From an uncultured Clostridia bacterium (GTDB lineage Bacteria > Bacillota > Clostridia > Christensenellales > CAG-917): DNA of 64,000 nucleotides. Made by a program: the position numbers and the translations under genes. The notes beneath the pieces are model-generated. The model was not told the DNA's origin. It worked only from the letters and a program-made list of their open reading frames with translations, and did not search any database. How positions within the stretch are numbered: position 1 is the first letter of the stretch; every line of letters begins with the position of its first letter. The stretch spans positions 369-64,368 of the forward strand of contig CANDBF010000002.1 of NCBI GenBank assembly GCA_947382865.1, read 5' to 3'. Positions 43,250-54,406 of this stretch are shown piece after piece.

Positions 43250-45682
43250 TTATGCTTTTTTGATAGTATAACCTTTTTTGTAGTTTAATGCAACGGGCAT
43301 CAGAGCATACGCGCCGCCCATAGCAAGACCGACAACCGCCGCGACCCATGCTTCATACATAAATTCAAAATAGAGCCCGAACAGTCTCAATGCGTGTATC
43401 AGACAAGCCGTCAGCAGCGCCGACGCGGCAAAGGATATTACAAACGACAGCGCCGCAATAAGAGAATGCTCGAAAATTTCCGAGCGAAGCAGCGCGCGCT
43501 TGGACATACCCGCATTGAGCAGCGCGTTTCTCTGACGCCTTGCCGAGCCCCTGCCTATGAGGGTCGCTGCAACCGTGACGGCAAATATAAACAACGTCAC
43601 AACCACCGCGAGCGTGCCTATCAGATCGAATACGGCGTTTGTGCTCTGCATATCCCATTTATAAGCGGTAAGCACGTCCACGACGTAGTAATTCTTATCC
43701 GCGAATTTTTCTCTCAGCGCGCTGACTGCGCCCGCAACGTCGCCATGAACTGTGACCGCCACCGTATCCGCCCCGACGGCGAAGCTATCGCGAATGACCT
43801 TTTCCGACATAACTATATAATTGCCCGAAAACAGCCTGTGCTTCAAAAGTCCGCCCACCGTCAGCTCGCGGCTCTTGCCGTCTATCGTAAGCACGAGAGT
43901 GTCGCCTTTATCAACGCCGTACAGCTCTTTAAGCGCAATATCGACAAAAATATATGGTTTATCTTCCGAAAGCGACGGCAGAACCTCTTCTTTGGGCGTA
44001 ATAAACTCAAAGTCCACAAGGTTAAGCGCATTCTTGGAGCCGAGAATGTTCATCGTTTTATTGAAATCCCCGTTTGCCAGCTCTCCCTGCTTCCATACGA
44101 TTTTGGTCGCAAACTCAACTCCGTTCACCGTCTCGAAATCGGACGTGTCGACCGTAGACTGCACGTTGGTAACAAACACCATATTCTCGAAATCGGCAAG
44201 GTAATCCGTAAATATTCCCGTAGTCATGGACCACGCCATAAACAACAGCATCGCGACCGTCATTCCGACTCCGAGAATAGCGGCGAACCTCGCAAAACGG
44301 CCGTCTCTTACGATATTCACGCAAGCCGTTCTGACCGCGGGACTTGCGACCTTCCCTACGGGCTTAGCCGAGGCTTTCAAAGCGCAGGGAAGCCCCGTCC
44401 CGAGCGTAGCGAACGTAAGCGCGAGACTTACGACAGACATGGCCGCCGTTGCGCTCGACACTGTAAATTCTACGATGACGGATATGACAGTAAGCGCCGC
44501 AAAGATCGGGAAAAGTATTTTCAAAACGCGCGTGCGCTTGCCCGCGTCTATCTGATTTTGTCTTATCGTCCCTCTGAAAGAACGCAGTATAGGCAACAAA
44601 GAGCTTCCGACAGCCGAAATAAATCCTACCAGCGCGGCGACTATTAATCTCCAAGCGGAAATCCCGAACGCGATGCTCGGCGACAGCGTGGCTTTGAGAA
44701 TGCCGACAAACACTCCGACCGCAAGTCCGCAGCCTATAAGCGAACCCAAAAGCGCAAGAGTCGCGCTCTCCGCAATAAAGATAGCTGCAATCTGTTTCCT
44801 CGTCGCGCCTATGACGGCGTATTTGGAAATAAGCGAAATTTTCTCCTTTTCGCTCATCATAAACAACAGCACGATTACGGCTATGCCCAGCATAAAGACC
44901 GCCGCCCCCGCGAGCACGACGGGCGCGCTGAGAGAGTTTGCCTGCTCTTTTATATAACCGCCGTCGCCCGATCTTCTTACGAGCATAGACGAGTATGCGT
45001 CCATCTCGGATATTGCTTTCACAAGTCCGTCTATATCCGTTCCGTCCGCCGCTTTGACGTATATTTCGTTGCATATACGTCTGGTCGTCACGTTTGCAAG
45101 GAGATGGGATATGCCCTCGATTCTGCCGACGAAAAGAAACGGCGCGTCGCCGAGGAAATAGCCGCTCTTATCCGCGACCGCGCAAACGTAAAAATATGCG
45201 GTCTGCCTGTCCAGCTTCAACTCTATTCTCGCCCCTACGTCCAGACCGAATCTCTCTGCGGCGTCCGCGGAGATGACGATATTATCCGAATTCACGTCGA
45301 GCTCGTCTGCGTCTCCCCGCAGAATATCGAATTTCTGCAACAGCTGCGATTCGCCCTTATCGAAGCCTCTAATCTGCACGTACTCTCCGTCAAGCAGAGC
45401 GTACAGCGTAAGCGACGGGCAAACGAACTCAACTCCGCTCGCATTTTTAAGCGGCTCGGTCACCTGCGTAATGCGGTCCGACGAGGAATTTGTGGCAATG
45501 ACTATATCGCTGTTTCCCGATACGCAGGTCTCCGTAGAATAAATATACTCGTACACCGCGCCGCCGAAGGACAGCATAGCGAAAATCATGGCAACCGAAA
45601 CCGCGACGGCAAGCACCGTCGCCGCCGCTCTGAACGGCTTGGACAATATATTTCTCAGCGCCAGTTTCAACATAAGCGACAC
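43250..45682 (-). CDS. ABC transporter permease with duplicated FtsX/MacB-type domains (810 aa)
   Basis: N-terminus LKLALRNILSKPFRAAATVLAVAVSVAM is typical of the FtsX family. Two TM blocks are separated by large extracytoplasmic regions. GTG start at 45682, or ATG at 45673. Confidence 0.8.
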   Translation of the reverse strand: MSLMLKLALRNILSKPFRAAATVLAVAVSVAMIFAMLSFGGAVYEYIYSTETCVSGNSDIVIATNSSSDRITQVTEPLKNASGVEFVCPSLTLYALLDGEYVQIRGFDKGESQLLQKFDILRGDADELDVNSDNIVISADAAERFGLDVGARIELKLDRQTAYFYVCAVADKSGYFLGDAPFLFVGRIEGISHLLANVTTRRICNEIYVKAADGTDIDGLVKAISEMDAYSSMLVRRSGDGGYIKEQANSLSAPVVLAGAAVFMLGIAVIVLLFMMSEKEKISLISKYAVIGATRKQIAAIFIAESATLALLGSLIGCGLAVGVFVGILKATLSPSIAFGISAWRLIVAALVGFISAVGSSLLPILRSFRGTIRQNQIDAGKRTRVLKILFPIFAALTVISVIVEFTVSSATAAMSVVSLALTFATLGTGLPCALKASAKPVGKVASPAVRTACVNIVRDGRFARFAAILGVGMTVAMLLFMAWSMTTGIFTDYLADFENMVFVTNVQSTVDTSDFETVNGVEFATKIVWKQGELANGDFNKTMNILGSKNALNLVDFEFITPKEEVLPSLSEDKPYIFVDIALKELYGVDKGDTLVLTIDGKSRELTVGGLLKHRLFSGNYIVMSEKVIRDSFAVGADTVAVTVHGDVAGAVSALREKFADKNYYVVDVLTAYKWDMQSTNAVFDLIGTLAVVVTLFIFAVTVAATLIGRGSARRQRNALLNAGMSKRALLRSEIFEHSLIAALSFVISFAASALLTACLIHALRLFGLYFEFMYEAWVAAVVGLAMGGAYALMPVALNYKKGYTIKKA

Positions 45683-45695
45683 AAAGCTCCAAAAG

Positions 45696-46355
45696 CTATT
45701 CCATTCTCACGATTCTGCTCGCATACTGCGCGTGCGCCTCGGAGTGCGTAACCATAACGAGAGCGACTCCCTTATCCCTGTTTATATCGGCAAGCAGCTC
45801 CATGACCTGCCTCCCTCTATCCTTATCCAGACTGCCCGTGGGCTCGTCCAGAAAAATCACCTTCGGCGAGGTGACCAGCGCTCTTGCGATTGCCGCGCGC
45901 TGCTGCTCTCCTCCGCTAAGCTGTCTTGGAAAGCTCTTCTGCCTGTCGGAAAGTCCGAGATAATCCAATATCTCGGCAACCTTATCCTTATACTCGCTCT
46001 CCTTGCGCTTATCCAGCATAAGCGGAAGCGTAACGTTTTCGTATACGGTCAGATTGGGGACGAGATTGTCAAACTGATACACAAAGGAAAAATCTCTCCG
46101 CCTCATCGCCGCGAGAGCCTCGTCCGATATATCGGAAATGTTCTGTCCGAGCAATTCGACCGTACCGCCCGTAGGCTTATCGATACCCGCGAGTATATAA
46201 AGCAACGTGGATTTTCCCGAACCCGACTCGCCCAGTATCGCAACGAACTCCCCTTCGTACAATGTGAAATCAACGCCCTTCAAGACCTCGGTCGTGACCT
46301 CTCCCGTAACGAACGACTTCCTTATATTTTCCGCTTTTAGTACCGTTTTAGGCAT
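45696..46355 (-). CDS. ABC transporter ATP-binding protein (MacB/LolD-type)
   Basis: Start moved from the track's 46409 to ATG 46355. Motifs GESGSGKSTLL, LSGGEQQR and IFLDEPTGSLD. Confidence 0.88.
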   Translation of the reverse strand: MPKTVLKAENIRKSFVTGEVTTEVLKGVDFTLYEGEFVAILGESGSGKSTLLYILAGIDKPTGGTVELLGQNISDISDEALAAMRRRDFSFVYQFDNLVPNLTVYENVTLPLMLDKRKESEYKDKVAEILDYLGLSDRQKSFPRQLSGGEQQRAAIARALVTSPKVIFLDEPTGSLDKDRGRQVMELLADINRDKGVALVMVTHSEAHAQYASRIVRME

Positions 46356-46504
46356 AAACCCTCCGCACACTGCGCGTCTTAAAAGCAAAACGGCAGTCTG
46401 TATAAGCATAAATATATATAATTATAACACACGCATATTGTATATACAACATTAAAATCCTGCGCGCGATTGCTTTAACGTTGCCGATATGTTATACTCT
46501 GTAT

Positions 46505-47140
46505 ATGAAAACTCGGTTGGTAGGCACGGTTGATTATGAAATTGAAAAATCACGCGAAACGGGCGTAAAACCCCGTCTGCTACTGCACGCGTGCTGCGGT
46601 CCCTGCGCGGCGGGGACTCTATCCAATATCGCCGAGCATTTTGACATAACCGTATTCTTTTATAATCCCAACATTATGCCGAAAGATGAGTTTAACATTC
46701 GATTAGAAGCACTTAAACAGGTGATTGCGCATTTTGACGGCATAAAGCTGATAGTTCCCGAGCAAAGCGAAAACGAATATCTTCAAAGGATAACGGGGCT
46801 TGAAGACCTGCCTGAGGGCGGCGCGAGATGCGAACGTTGCTTTGCTCTGCGCCTCGACAAAACCGCCGAATATCTTGCGGCACACTCCGACGAATACGAC
46901 TTTTTTGCCACGACTCTCACCGTAAGCCCTATGAAAAACGCGCCTCTGATAAACGAAATCGGCGACCGCGTAGCGGACGGCCGCGGAGTACGCTATCTAT
47001 CCTCCGACTTCAAAAAGCGCGACGGTTATCTCCACTCCGTCACCCTCTGCAAGGAATGGGGGATTTACAGACAGCATTTTTGCGGTTGCGCATTTACGCC
47101 TATGGAATTTGCGCCGAGCGTCACACATAAAATGCGATAA
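46505..47140 (+). CDS. queH: Epoxyqueuosine reductase QueH (DUF208)
   Basis: LLLHACCGPCAAG, CERCFALRL and HFCGC Cys motifs. Start ATG 46505 chosen over the track's TTG 46481. Confidence 0.85.
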   Translation: MKTRLVGTVDYEIEKSRETGVKPRLLLHACCGPCAAGTLSNIAEHFDITVFFYNPNIMPKDEFNIRLEALKQVIAHFDGIKLIVPEQSENEYLQRITGLEDLPEGGARCERCFALRLDKTAEYLAAHSDEYDFFATTLTVSPMKNAPLINEIGDRVADGRGVRYLSSDFKKRDGYLHSVTLCKEWGIYRQHFCGCAFTPMEFAPSVTHKMR

Positions 47141-47151
47141 TAACGCATTTT
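47129..47151 (+). terminator. queH terminator hairpin overlapping its stop codon
   Basis: AAAATGCG-ataataa-CGCATTTT followed by atg. The TAA stop (47138-47140) lies in the loop. The same hairpin type occurs at 30037-30059. Confidence 0.6.
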
Positions 47152-47234
47152 ATGTATGCACAGCGACAACAAAATTGAAAATTTATATTTTATACCGTTA
47201 GCTTGCAACTGTCGCGTGTGCTGTGAGCTAAATC
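47129..47234. repeat. Dispersed intergenic element, copy B core (inverted relative to copy A)
   Basis: See 29955-30059. By-eye alignment gives roughly three quarters identity over ~105 nt, with one variable ~25-nt segment. Confidence 0.85.
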
Positions 47235-47318
47235 ACCCCATCAGACGCGGAGGTTTGACGGGAACCCCGAAACGTCTCGCAAAATTTAAGCGGAGTCTCA
47301 AATCTTGCTATAAGGCAC

Positions 47319-47347
47319 AAAAAGTGCGAAGCGAATTCGCACTTTTT
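47319..47347. terminator. Bidirectional terminator hairpin
   Basis: AAAAAGTGCGAA-gcgaa-TTCGCACTTTTT, a 12-bp stem flanked by A and T runs. Confidence 0.75.
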
Positions 47348-47404
47348 GCAAAATAATATTTAGCGCGCTTTGCGCGCAAGTGGATAAATATAAACGAAAA
47401 TCTC

Positions 47405-47450
47405 CAAAAATAAAAAACGCGCTCCGCATTGTCCGCGTAACGCGTTTTTT
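47405..47450 (-). terminator. Terminator after the NYN/LOTUS gene
   Basis: AAAAAACGCG...CGCGTTTTTT with an inner GC-rich structure. On the minus strand it is followed by TTTTTTATTTTTGG. Confidence 0.65.
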
Positions 47451-47458
47451 ATCTTATA

Positions 47459-48241
47459 TTATTGTTTCTTATTTCTGATATAAAACACCTGTCCCGACTT
47501 CGCGTCGCCCTCGCCTTCCTGAAAGGCTTTCACCTCGAAATCGAGCGCTTTAAGCAGGTTTGTCATCTTCTTATGTCCGTAGTTTCTTGTGTCGAAATCG
47601 GAATATTTGTTTTGTAGCATCAGCCCCACTAGGCTTACAAGCACCCAGCCGTCGTCGTCCGATTTTTCGTCTATAATCTTCGTTATCGCCTTTTTGATTT
47701 CATCAAGCGGAGTTTTGGAATCCTGCTCGATCTCGGTTTTCGCCGCAGTCTTACTCGCTTTCTTGGGCTTGACTTCGGGAGCTGCTGTCTCGTTTATCAA
47801 ATCCACAAACTTAAACTTATTGCACGCCGAGACAAAGGCTTTGGGAGTCTGTTGCTTTCCCATTCCTATGACGTCCTTTCCCGATTCGCGCAATCTCGAC
47901 GCGAGCTTCGTAAAATCGCTATCCGACGACACCAGACAGAAGCCGTCCACGTCGCCCGTATACAGTATGTCCATAGCGTCGATAATCATTGCGGAATCCG
48001 TCGAATTCTTTCCCTTCGTATACGAATATTGCTGAATCGGCGTAATCGAGTATTCGAGCAATATTTCCTTCATGGATTTGAGATTTGGGCTAGTCCAGTC
48101 GCCGTAAATCCTCTTATACGTGATTGTGCCCTCGTCCGTCATTTCGTCGAAAACGGTCTTGATATAGTCCTTGCTGTTGTTGTCCGCGTCAATCAAAACC
48201 GCGAATTTTTTATCTCCGTATTTTTTGTTGTAAATAATCAT
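47459..48241 (-). CDS. NYN (LabA-like) domain protein with C-terminal OST-HTH/LOTUS domain
   Basis: Start moved from the track's 48277 to ATG 48241 (GGAGG RBS). NYN part: FAVLIDADNNSKDYI...RIYGDWT...DGFCLVSSDSDF. C-terminal part: GWVLVSLVGLMLQNKYSDFDTRNYGHKKMTNLLKAL. Confidence 0.8.
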   Translation of the reverse strand: MIIYNKKYGDKKFAVLIDADNNSKDYIKTVFDEMTDEGTITYKRIYGDWTSPNLKSMKEILLEYSITPIQQYSYTKGKNSTDSAMIIDAMDILYTGDVDGFCLVSSDSDFTKLASRLRESGKDVIGMGKQQTPKAFVSACNKFKFVDLINETAAPEVKPKKASKTAAKTEIEQDSKTPLDEIKKAITKIIDEKSDDDGWVLVSLVGLMLQNKYSDFDTRNYGHKKMTNLLKALDFEVKAFQEGEGDAKSGQVFYIRNKKQ

Positions 48242-48280
48242 AATCCTCCAAAACAAAATGTCGCCATATAGCGACATTTA

Positions 48281-48916
48281 TCAATTTTCTTCCGATTGAA
48301 GCATGGATTTGACCTTCATAAGTCTCGTCGTAGCGCCTCTCTCGTTTTCGTCGAGCTTCATAGTGATATACTTTATCGTCTCTTCCAGCTGGGGTATCAT
48401 AACGTACTCCAAGGCGTTTACGCGCCTGCGGTTGCGCTCGATTTCGTCCGCCAGCATGTTGCAGGTCTTCTCCACCTCGGCAAGTTTAAGCAGCTTTGGC
48501 AGCAGAGCGGAAAGCGAAGCCACGGAACTGTCCAACTCTGCCGTGACCGCCGCGAAAGAATAGGGATAAAGCTCCTGACCGTCCCCTTTGGTTATTTCAA
48601 ACACGGGCACGTCCACGCTCATAATATTCTGCGAAGACACTTCAAGTTGCACCTTAGTGCTTGGCAACGCTATGGCTTCCTCTATGACCGCGTCCGACGA
48701 AACCGCGCGCGCAAGCATAAAGGTCTTGAGAGAAGCGGACAGCTCATCCTCGACTTCCTCTCTAAGCCTCTTGTTTTCGCGGATATAGAGCATAAATCTG
48801 CGTATCATCTCGTCCGACTTGTCTTTCAGCAGCTTATGCCCGCGAGTAGCGGTTTTAAGACGGGTTTTGAGCCGTCTCAATTCCATTCTCGTCGGATTTA
48901 CGTTGAGCTTTGCCAT
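48281..48916 (-). CDS. ntpD: V-type ATP synthase subunit D
   Basis: [33 protein letters not shown] is a typical V/A-type D subunit. Last gene in the ntpFIKECGABD order. Confidence 0.9.
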   Translation of the reverse strand: MAKLNVNPTRMELRRLKTRLKTATRGHKLLKDKSDEMIRRFMLYIRENKRLREEVEDELSASLKTFMLARAVSSDAVIEEAIALPSTKVQLEVSSQNIMSVDVPVFEITKGDGQELYPYSFAAVTAELDSSVASLSALLPKLLKLAEVEKTCNMLADEIERNRRRVNALEYVMIPQLEETIKYITMKLDENERGATTRLMKVKSMLQSEEN

Positions 48917-48917
48917 A

Positions 48918-50297
48918 TCAGCCCTCTTTCTTATCGAGATACTTGTCGATATACTCGTCTCTTATACGCTTCAACTCGTTTCTGGGCAGAATTCTGAGCA
49001 GATTCCAGCCTAGATCGAGGGTTTCCTCGATTGTACGGTTTGTCTCGAAGCCCTGCGAAACGTACTGTTTCTCAAACTCGTCCGCAAACTCCGCAAACTT
49101 TTTATCCGTCTCGGTAAGCGCGGCGTCGCCGAGTATGGAGCTGAGCTCCTTAGCCTCTTTCCCCTGCGCGTACGCACTGAACAGCTGGTTCATCGTATCG
49201 GCGTGGTCTTCCCTCGTCTTGCCCCTGCCTATGCCCTTATCTTTAAGTCTGGACAGAGACGGCATAACGTCGATAGGCGGCACTATTCCCTTTTTGTACA
49301 GCTCGCGAGAAATTATAATCTGTCCTTCCGTTATATAGCCCGTAAGGTCTGGGATTGGGTGCGTCTTGTCGTCCTCGGGCATTGTGAGGATAGGTATCTG
49401 CGTGATAGAGCCTTTCTTTCCGACAATTCTGCCCGCGCGCTCGTACATACTCGCGAGGTCTGTATACATATATCCGGGGTATCCTCTTCTTCCGGGCACT
49501 TCCTTTCTCGCCGCCGACACCTCGCGCAGAGCCTCCGCGTAGTTGGTAATATCGGTGGTTATGACAAGCACGTGCATATCCTTCTCAAACGCGAGATACT
49601 CCGCCGCAGTAAGCGCCATACGCGGAGTGGAAATACGCTCGACCGCGGGGTCGTTTGCAAGGTTTATGAACATAACCGCGCGCTCGATTGCGCCCGTCTT
49701 TCTGAAATCGTTGATGAAGAAATCCGCTTCCTCGAAGGTTATTCCGACCGCCGCGAACACGACCGCGAATTTTGCGTCGCTTCCGAGCACCTTTGCCTGT
49801 CTCGCAATCTGCGCGGCAAGCTCGGCGTGAGGCATTCCCGACATAGAGAACACCGGCAGCTTCTGTCCGCGCACAAGCGTATTAAGCCCGTCTATCGCGC
49901 TTATGCCCGTCTGAATAAATTCGTCGGGATAGTCTCTCGCAACGGGATTTATGGGCATTCCGTTTATGTCCATCCTTTTATCGGGGATAATCGGAGCGCC
50001 TCCGTCTCTGGGTCTGCCCATGCCGTCGAAGACTCTTCCCAGCATATCCTCGCTCACTCCGAGCTCTATTCCGTGCCCGAGGAATCTCGCCTTCGATGAA
50101 GACATTTTTATCCCCTGCGACGGCTCGAACAGCTGAACGAGCGCCTTATCCCTGTTGACCTCCAACACCTTTCCGCTGCGCACTTCTCCGTCAGCTTGTC
50201 TGATTTCGACAAGCTCGTTGTAGGTCACTCCCTCAACACCGTCTACGAGCATTAGAGGTCCGACAATTTCTCTTATGGTATTGTATTCTTTAAGCAT
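48918..50297 (-). CDS. ntpB: V-type ATP synthase subunit B
   Basis: 459 aa non-catalytic B subunit ([22 protein letters not shown]). Its start overlaps the stop of subunit A by 1 nt. Confidence 0.93.
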   Translation of the reverse strand: MLKEYNTIREIVGPLMLVDGVEGVTYNELVEIRQADGEVRSGKVLEVNRDKALVQLFEPSQGIKMSSSKARFLGHGIELGVSEDMLGRVFDGMGRPRDGGAPIIPDKRMDINGMPINPVARDYPDEFIQTGISAIDGLNTLVRGQKLPVFSMSGMPHAELAAQIARQAKVLGSDAKFAVVFAAVGITFEEADFFINDFRKTGAIERAVMFINLANDPAVERISTPRMALTAAEYLAFEKDMHVLVITTDITNYAEALREVSAARKEVPGRRGYPGYMYTDLASMYERAGRIVGKKGSITQIPILTMPEDDKTHPIPDLTGYITEGQIIISRELYKKGIVPPIDVMPSLSRLKDKGIGRGKTREDHADTMNQLFSAYAQGKEAKELSSILGDAALTETDKKFAEFADEFEKQYVSQGFETNRTIEETLDLGWNLLRILPRNELKRIRDEYIDKYLDKKEG

Positions 50298-52063
50298 CAG
50301 AATTCCTCCCCGTCTCCGACAAGCTCGGACATTTCTTTCTTGATTTCGGCAAGAATATCGTCAAATTTCTCCGCTTCCGCCTCGGGGATATACTTAGCTC
50401 TGCCAATGCGCTCGCGCACGGGAAGTTCGAGAATATCCTCTATATCGACGTTCTTTGTAAGGGCTTCGCCCGCGAGTCTGTCGAAAGTAAGGATGAGCTT
50501 CATCATATATTGCTGTTTTGAAAGCGACGTATACGTATCCACCTCGTGGAAAGCGTTCTGGTGCAGATAGTCCTCTCTTATGGACTTTGCGGTCTCCATA
50601 GTAAGTCTGTTTGCGGGTGAAAGCGCGTCCATTCCGACAAGTCTTACGATTTCGTCGAGCTGCGCCTCCTCCTGCAAAATACGCATACACGCCTTGCGCA
50701 AAGACACCCACTCCTCGCCGACGTTGTCCGTATACCAGTCTCCGAGCCTGTCCGCATACAGCGAATAGCTTGCAATCCAGTCCACCGCGGGGAAATGACG
50801 CTTATACGCAAGCGACGCGCTGAGTCCCCAGAATACCTTGACTATGCGCAACGTAGCCTGCGCTACGGGCTCCGAGAGGTCTCCGCCGGGGGGCGACACC
50901 GCGCCGATTGCGGTAATCGAGCCCGTCGCGTCCTTGTCTCCCAGCACCTTCACTATGCCCGCTCTCTCGTAAAATTCCGCAAGACGGGAGCTTAGGTATG
51001 CGGGATATCCCTCCTCGCCGGGCATCTCTTCTAGACGTCCCGACATTTCGCGCAGCGCCTCCGCCCAGCGCGAGGTGGAGTCCGCCATAATAGCGACCGA
51101 ATATCCCATATCTCTGAAATATTCCGCAATCGTAATACCCGTATAAATGGAAGCCTCGCGCGCCGCAACGGGCATATCGGAGGTATTTGCAATAAGCACC
51201 GTCCTCTTCATTAGCGGCTGTCCGCTTCTCGGGTCGATAAGCGCGGGGAACTCGTTGAGGACGTCCGTCATCTCGTTGCCGCGCTCGCCGCAGCCCACGT
51301 ACACGATGATATCCGCGTCCGCCCATTTCGCAAGCTGATGCTGTACGACGGTCTTTCCGCTTCCGAAAGGTCCCGGCACCGCCGCCACGCCTCCCTTTGC
51401 AATCGGGAACAGCGTATCTATTACCCTTTGTCCCGTGACGAGGGGAGTAAGCGGAGACATCTTTTCCTTGTACGGTCTTCCCTTACGCACGGGCCACTTT
51501 TGAAGCATCGTGATATTTTTATCTCCGCTCTCGGTTTTCACGACCGCAACCGTATCGTCCACCGTAAACAGACCCGACTTTATATCCTTAATCACGCCGC
51601 TCACGCCGTAAGGTATCATTATTTTATGCGTAATAAGCACGTTTTCCTGCACGGTTCCTATAACGCAACCGCCCGTTACGCTCGCGCCCGTCTCCACACA
51701 GGGGACAAACTCCCACTGTTTGTCGTGGTCTACGGCGGGGAGATACACGCCTCTTTCTATGCGGTCGCCCGCCATTTCTTTCAGCTTTGCGAGCGGACGC
51801 TGTATTCCGTCGTAAATTCCCTCGATAAGACCGGGAGCAAGCTCCACCGACAGCGGTTCGCCCGTGGACACTACGTCCTCGTCGGGTCCGAGTCCGCTCG
51901 TCTCCTCATAAACCTGAATAGAAGCGCGGTCGCCTCTCAGCTCTATGATTTCGCCGATTAGCTGCTTGTCGCTGACCTTGACGACGTCGTACATTTTGCT
52001 CTCGCCCATACCTTCCGCGACGATGAGCGGTCCCGATACTTTCACGATTTTTCCGTTTTTCAT
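50297..52063 (-). CDS. ntpA: V-type ATP synthase subunit A (catalytic)
   Basis: 588 aa with Walker [10 protein letters not shown]. No intein-sized insertion. Confidence 0.93.
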   Translation of the reverse strand: MKNGKIVKVSGPLIVAEGMGESKMYDVVKVSDKQLIGEIIELRGDRASIQVYEETSGLGPDEDVVSTGEPLSVELAPGLIEGIYDGIQRPLAKLKEMAGDRIERGVYLPAVDHDKQWEFVPCVETGASVTGGCVIGTVQENVLITHKIMIPYGVSGVIKDIKSGLFTVDDTVAVVKTESGDKNITMLQKWPVRKGRPYKEKMSPLTPLVTGQRVIDTLFPIAKGGVAAVPGPFGSGKTVVQHQLAKWADADIIVYVGCGERGNEMTDVLNEFPALIDPRSGQPLMKRTVLIANTSDMPVAAREASIYTGITIAEYFRDMGYSVAIMADSTSRWAEALREMSGRLEEMPGEEGYPAYLSSRLAEFYERAGIVKVLGDKDATGSITAIGAVSPPGGDLSEPVAQATLRIVKVFWGLSASLAYKRHFPAVDWIASYSLYADRLGDWYTDNVGEEWVSLRKACMRILQEEAQLDEIVRLVGMDALSPANRLTMETAKSIREDYLHQNAFHEVDTYTSLSKQQYMMKLILTFDRLAGEALTKNVDIEDILELPVRERIGRAKYIPEAEAEKFDDILAEIKKEMSELVGDGEEF

Positions 52064-52064
52064 A

Positions 52065-52400
52065 TCAATCCTCTTTGCCGAACAGCACGTCCGCGCCTAT
52101 TGCCTTTTCCACATTTGCGTTAATGCCTTTTAGACCGAGGTGCATATTGCCCTCCGCCGACGGAATAGGTACAATGACGGGATACGCGCGCGATTTATAT
52201 CTTTTTATATACGTTTCCGCCTGAATAGCCACCTTCTCTGTGACGAAAATGACGGAATACTTTCTTGCAAGGGTATGCACCGTCTCGCGCGCCTGAATTT
52301 CGCCCTCAACGGGAAACACGTCGACGCCAATAGCCTTAAACGCCAACACGGAATCCTTATCTCCGACAACCGCAACGGTACCCTCACGCATAGATTTCAC
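52065..52400 (-). CDS. ntpG: V-type ATP synthase subunit F (NtpG in E. hirae nomenclature)
   Basis: About 108-111 aa; [21 protein letters not shown] is typical. Start is GTG 52400 or ATG 52391. Confidence 0.8.
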   Translation of the reverse strand: MKSMREGTVAVVGDKDSVLAFKAIGVDVFPVEGEIQARETVHTLARKYSVIFVTEKVAIQAETYIKRYKSRAYPVIVPIPSAEGNMHLGLKGINANVEKAIGADVLFGKED

Positions 52401-53340
52401 GCATCCTTTCTTTTATCTGACCTTGTTCAACGCCGTTTTTGATACCCGCAACGGCGAGCTTTGCAACCCTTATCTGCGTAACCTCAGTAAGGTAAAACGA
52501 GACTATCGGCGCAACTCCGAACAGGTCGTTTTTGTTATCCTTCCACATTTTGAGCAAAGCGTTGTCCCACTCCGTCTCGAAAGCTACGAGATTGCCCTCT
52601 TCCACGGCTTTTACGACCGACTGGGCGTAAACGGAGCCCTTGCACCTCTCTTTCAGAGCCTCCGCGCCCGATTCGTATATCAGAGGCAAATCCGCAAGCG
52701 CGCCTCCCTCTATAAAGCCCTCTTCAAAATAACTCTTCGGAAGTCCGAACCCCGCGCATCTGAGATACGAACCTATATTCATAACGTCGACCTTACGCTC
52801 GAAATACTCTCGCATCGGCTTTCCGCCCTTTTTGACAGAAGCGAACACAAATTTGTACAAAGCCTTATCCGCTATCGCGTCCGCCTTATGCGGAGAAACA
52901 ACGCTCATCGCTTTAAGCTCCGTCACAGCGTCCGCAAACGTAGGGGGAATATCACGCGCCGTTTCCTGTTCCAGCCAGCCTTTTATCTCCCCCGCTTCAT
53001 AGAGTCCGTCGGGCGCAATCACGGCTTCTTTTCCCGTAATCATGCTTTTATACAGCGATTTTAGGTTGAGAAAATCGTATTGCGCAAGAAAAGCGTTAAG
53101 CGCGCCGTCCACGTTGAATTCTCTCAAAAACGCCGCGGCTTTTTCCTCTTCATAGGCAAAAAGCGCGTCGAAGTCTCCCTCTTTCACGGAAGTTCCCGCG
53201 CCGAATCCCATATCGAGCAAAGCTCTGAACGCCTGTTCCGCTTTTGTACATTCGAGCAGCCTCGCAACCGACTGCGCGGTGAACAGCGAGGCTTCCATAC
53301 ACTTGACTCTGGCGTTTTGATATACGAACTTATCGGACAT
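52384..53340 (-). CDS. ntpC: V-type ATP synthase subunit C
   Basis: 318 aa helical protein between subunits E and F, as in ntp operons. Confidence 0.8.
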   Translation of the reverse strand: MSDKFVYQNARVKCMEASLFTAQSVARLLECTKAEQAFRALLDMGFGAGTSVKEGDFDALFAYEEEKAAAFLREFNVDGALNAFLAQYDFLNLKSLYKSMITGKEAVIAPDGLYEAGEIKGWLEQETARDIPPTFADAVTELKAMSVVSPHKADAIADKALYKFVFASVKKGGKPMREYFERKVDVMNIGSYLRCAGFGLPKSYFEEGFIEGGALADLPLIYESGAEALKERCKGSVYAQSVVKAVEEGNLVAFETEWDNALLKMWKDNKNDLFGVAPIVSFYLTEVTQIRVAKLAVAGIKNGVEQGQIKERMREIYA

Positions 53341-53913
53341 TTATGCAAACAGTTCCTTTGCTATCTTTGTCTCCACTCTATCGCGGAGCAACGAGATTTC
53401 CGAGCGGAAAGTGAAATTTTTATCCACTCCCGCGCCGCTTAAAACCATACCGTCAAACTCGCCCTCCTTGTCGGAAAGAGCAAGCGCAATGCCTTTACGC
53501 TTGGCGACGGCGTTTATATCGGCGACAGTCAGGATGCCCTTCTGCCTCTTGCCGAGAGTGACCGTATCGCCGTCCTCCGCCTCGTCGAGCATTCCGATAA
53601 GCAACTTTTTAAGCTCCGCCTTATCGCAAGCGAGCAGCTTTTCGAGCGCGGCGGAAAACACGCCGTCGAGTATCTTCTGCTTTGCGGCGAGTTTAATCTT
53701 TTTCGCGTCCAGCTCCGCCACCGTTTCGGCGCGCGCCGCGATATCCGCCGCCGCCTTATCGGTCTCGTTCTTAAATGCGTAATAGTACGTCTTGCACTGC
53801 TCCGCGGCTTCGGCAATGATATCGTCCGCTTTGTCCTTCTGCTCCTCGATAAAGGAGTTCGCGCGTATTTCCGCGTCCGTAATGATTTTTTGTATGATCG
53901 CTTCCTTACTCAT
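53341..53913 (-). CDS. ntpE: V-type ATP synthase subunit E
   Basis: Start moved from the track's TTG 53937 to ATG 53913. Sequence MSKEAIIQKIITDAEIRANSFIEEQKDKA shows the coiled-coil N-terminus typical of E. Confidence 0.8.
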   Translation of the reverse strand: MSKEAIIQKIITDAEIRANSFIEEQKDKADDIIAEAAEQCKTYYYAFKNETDKAAADIAARAETVAELDAKKIKLAAKQKILDGVFSAALEKLLACDKAELKKLLIGMLDEAEDGDTVTLGKRQKGILTVADINAVAKRKGIALALSDKEGEFDGMVLSGAGVDKNFTFRSEISLLRDRVETKIAKELFA

Positions 53914-53929
53914 AGTAACATGCCACCAT

Positions 53930-54406
<477 letters not shown>

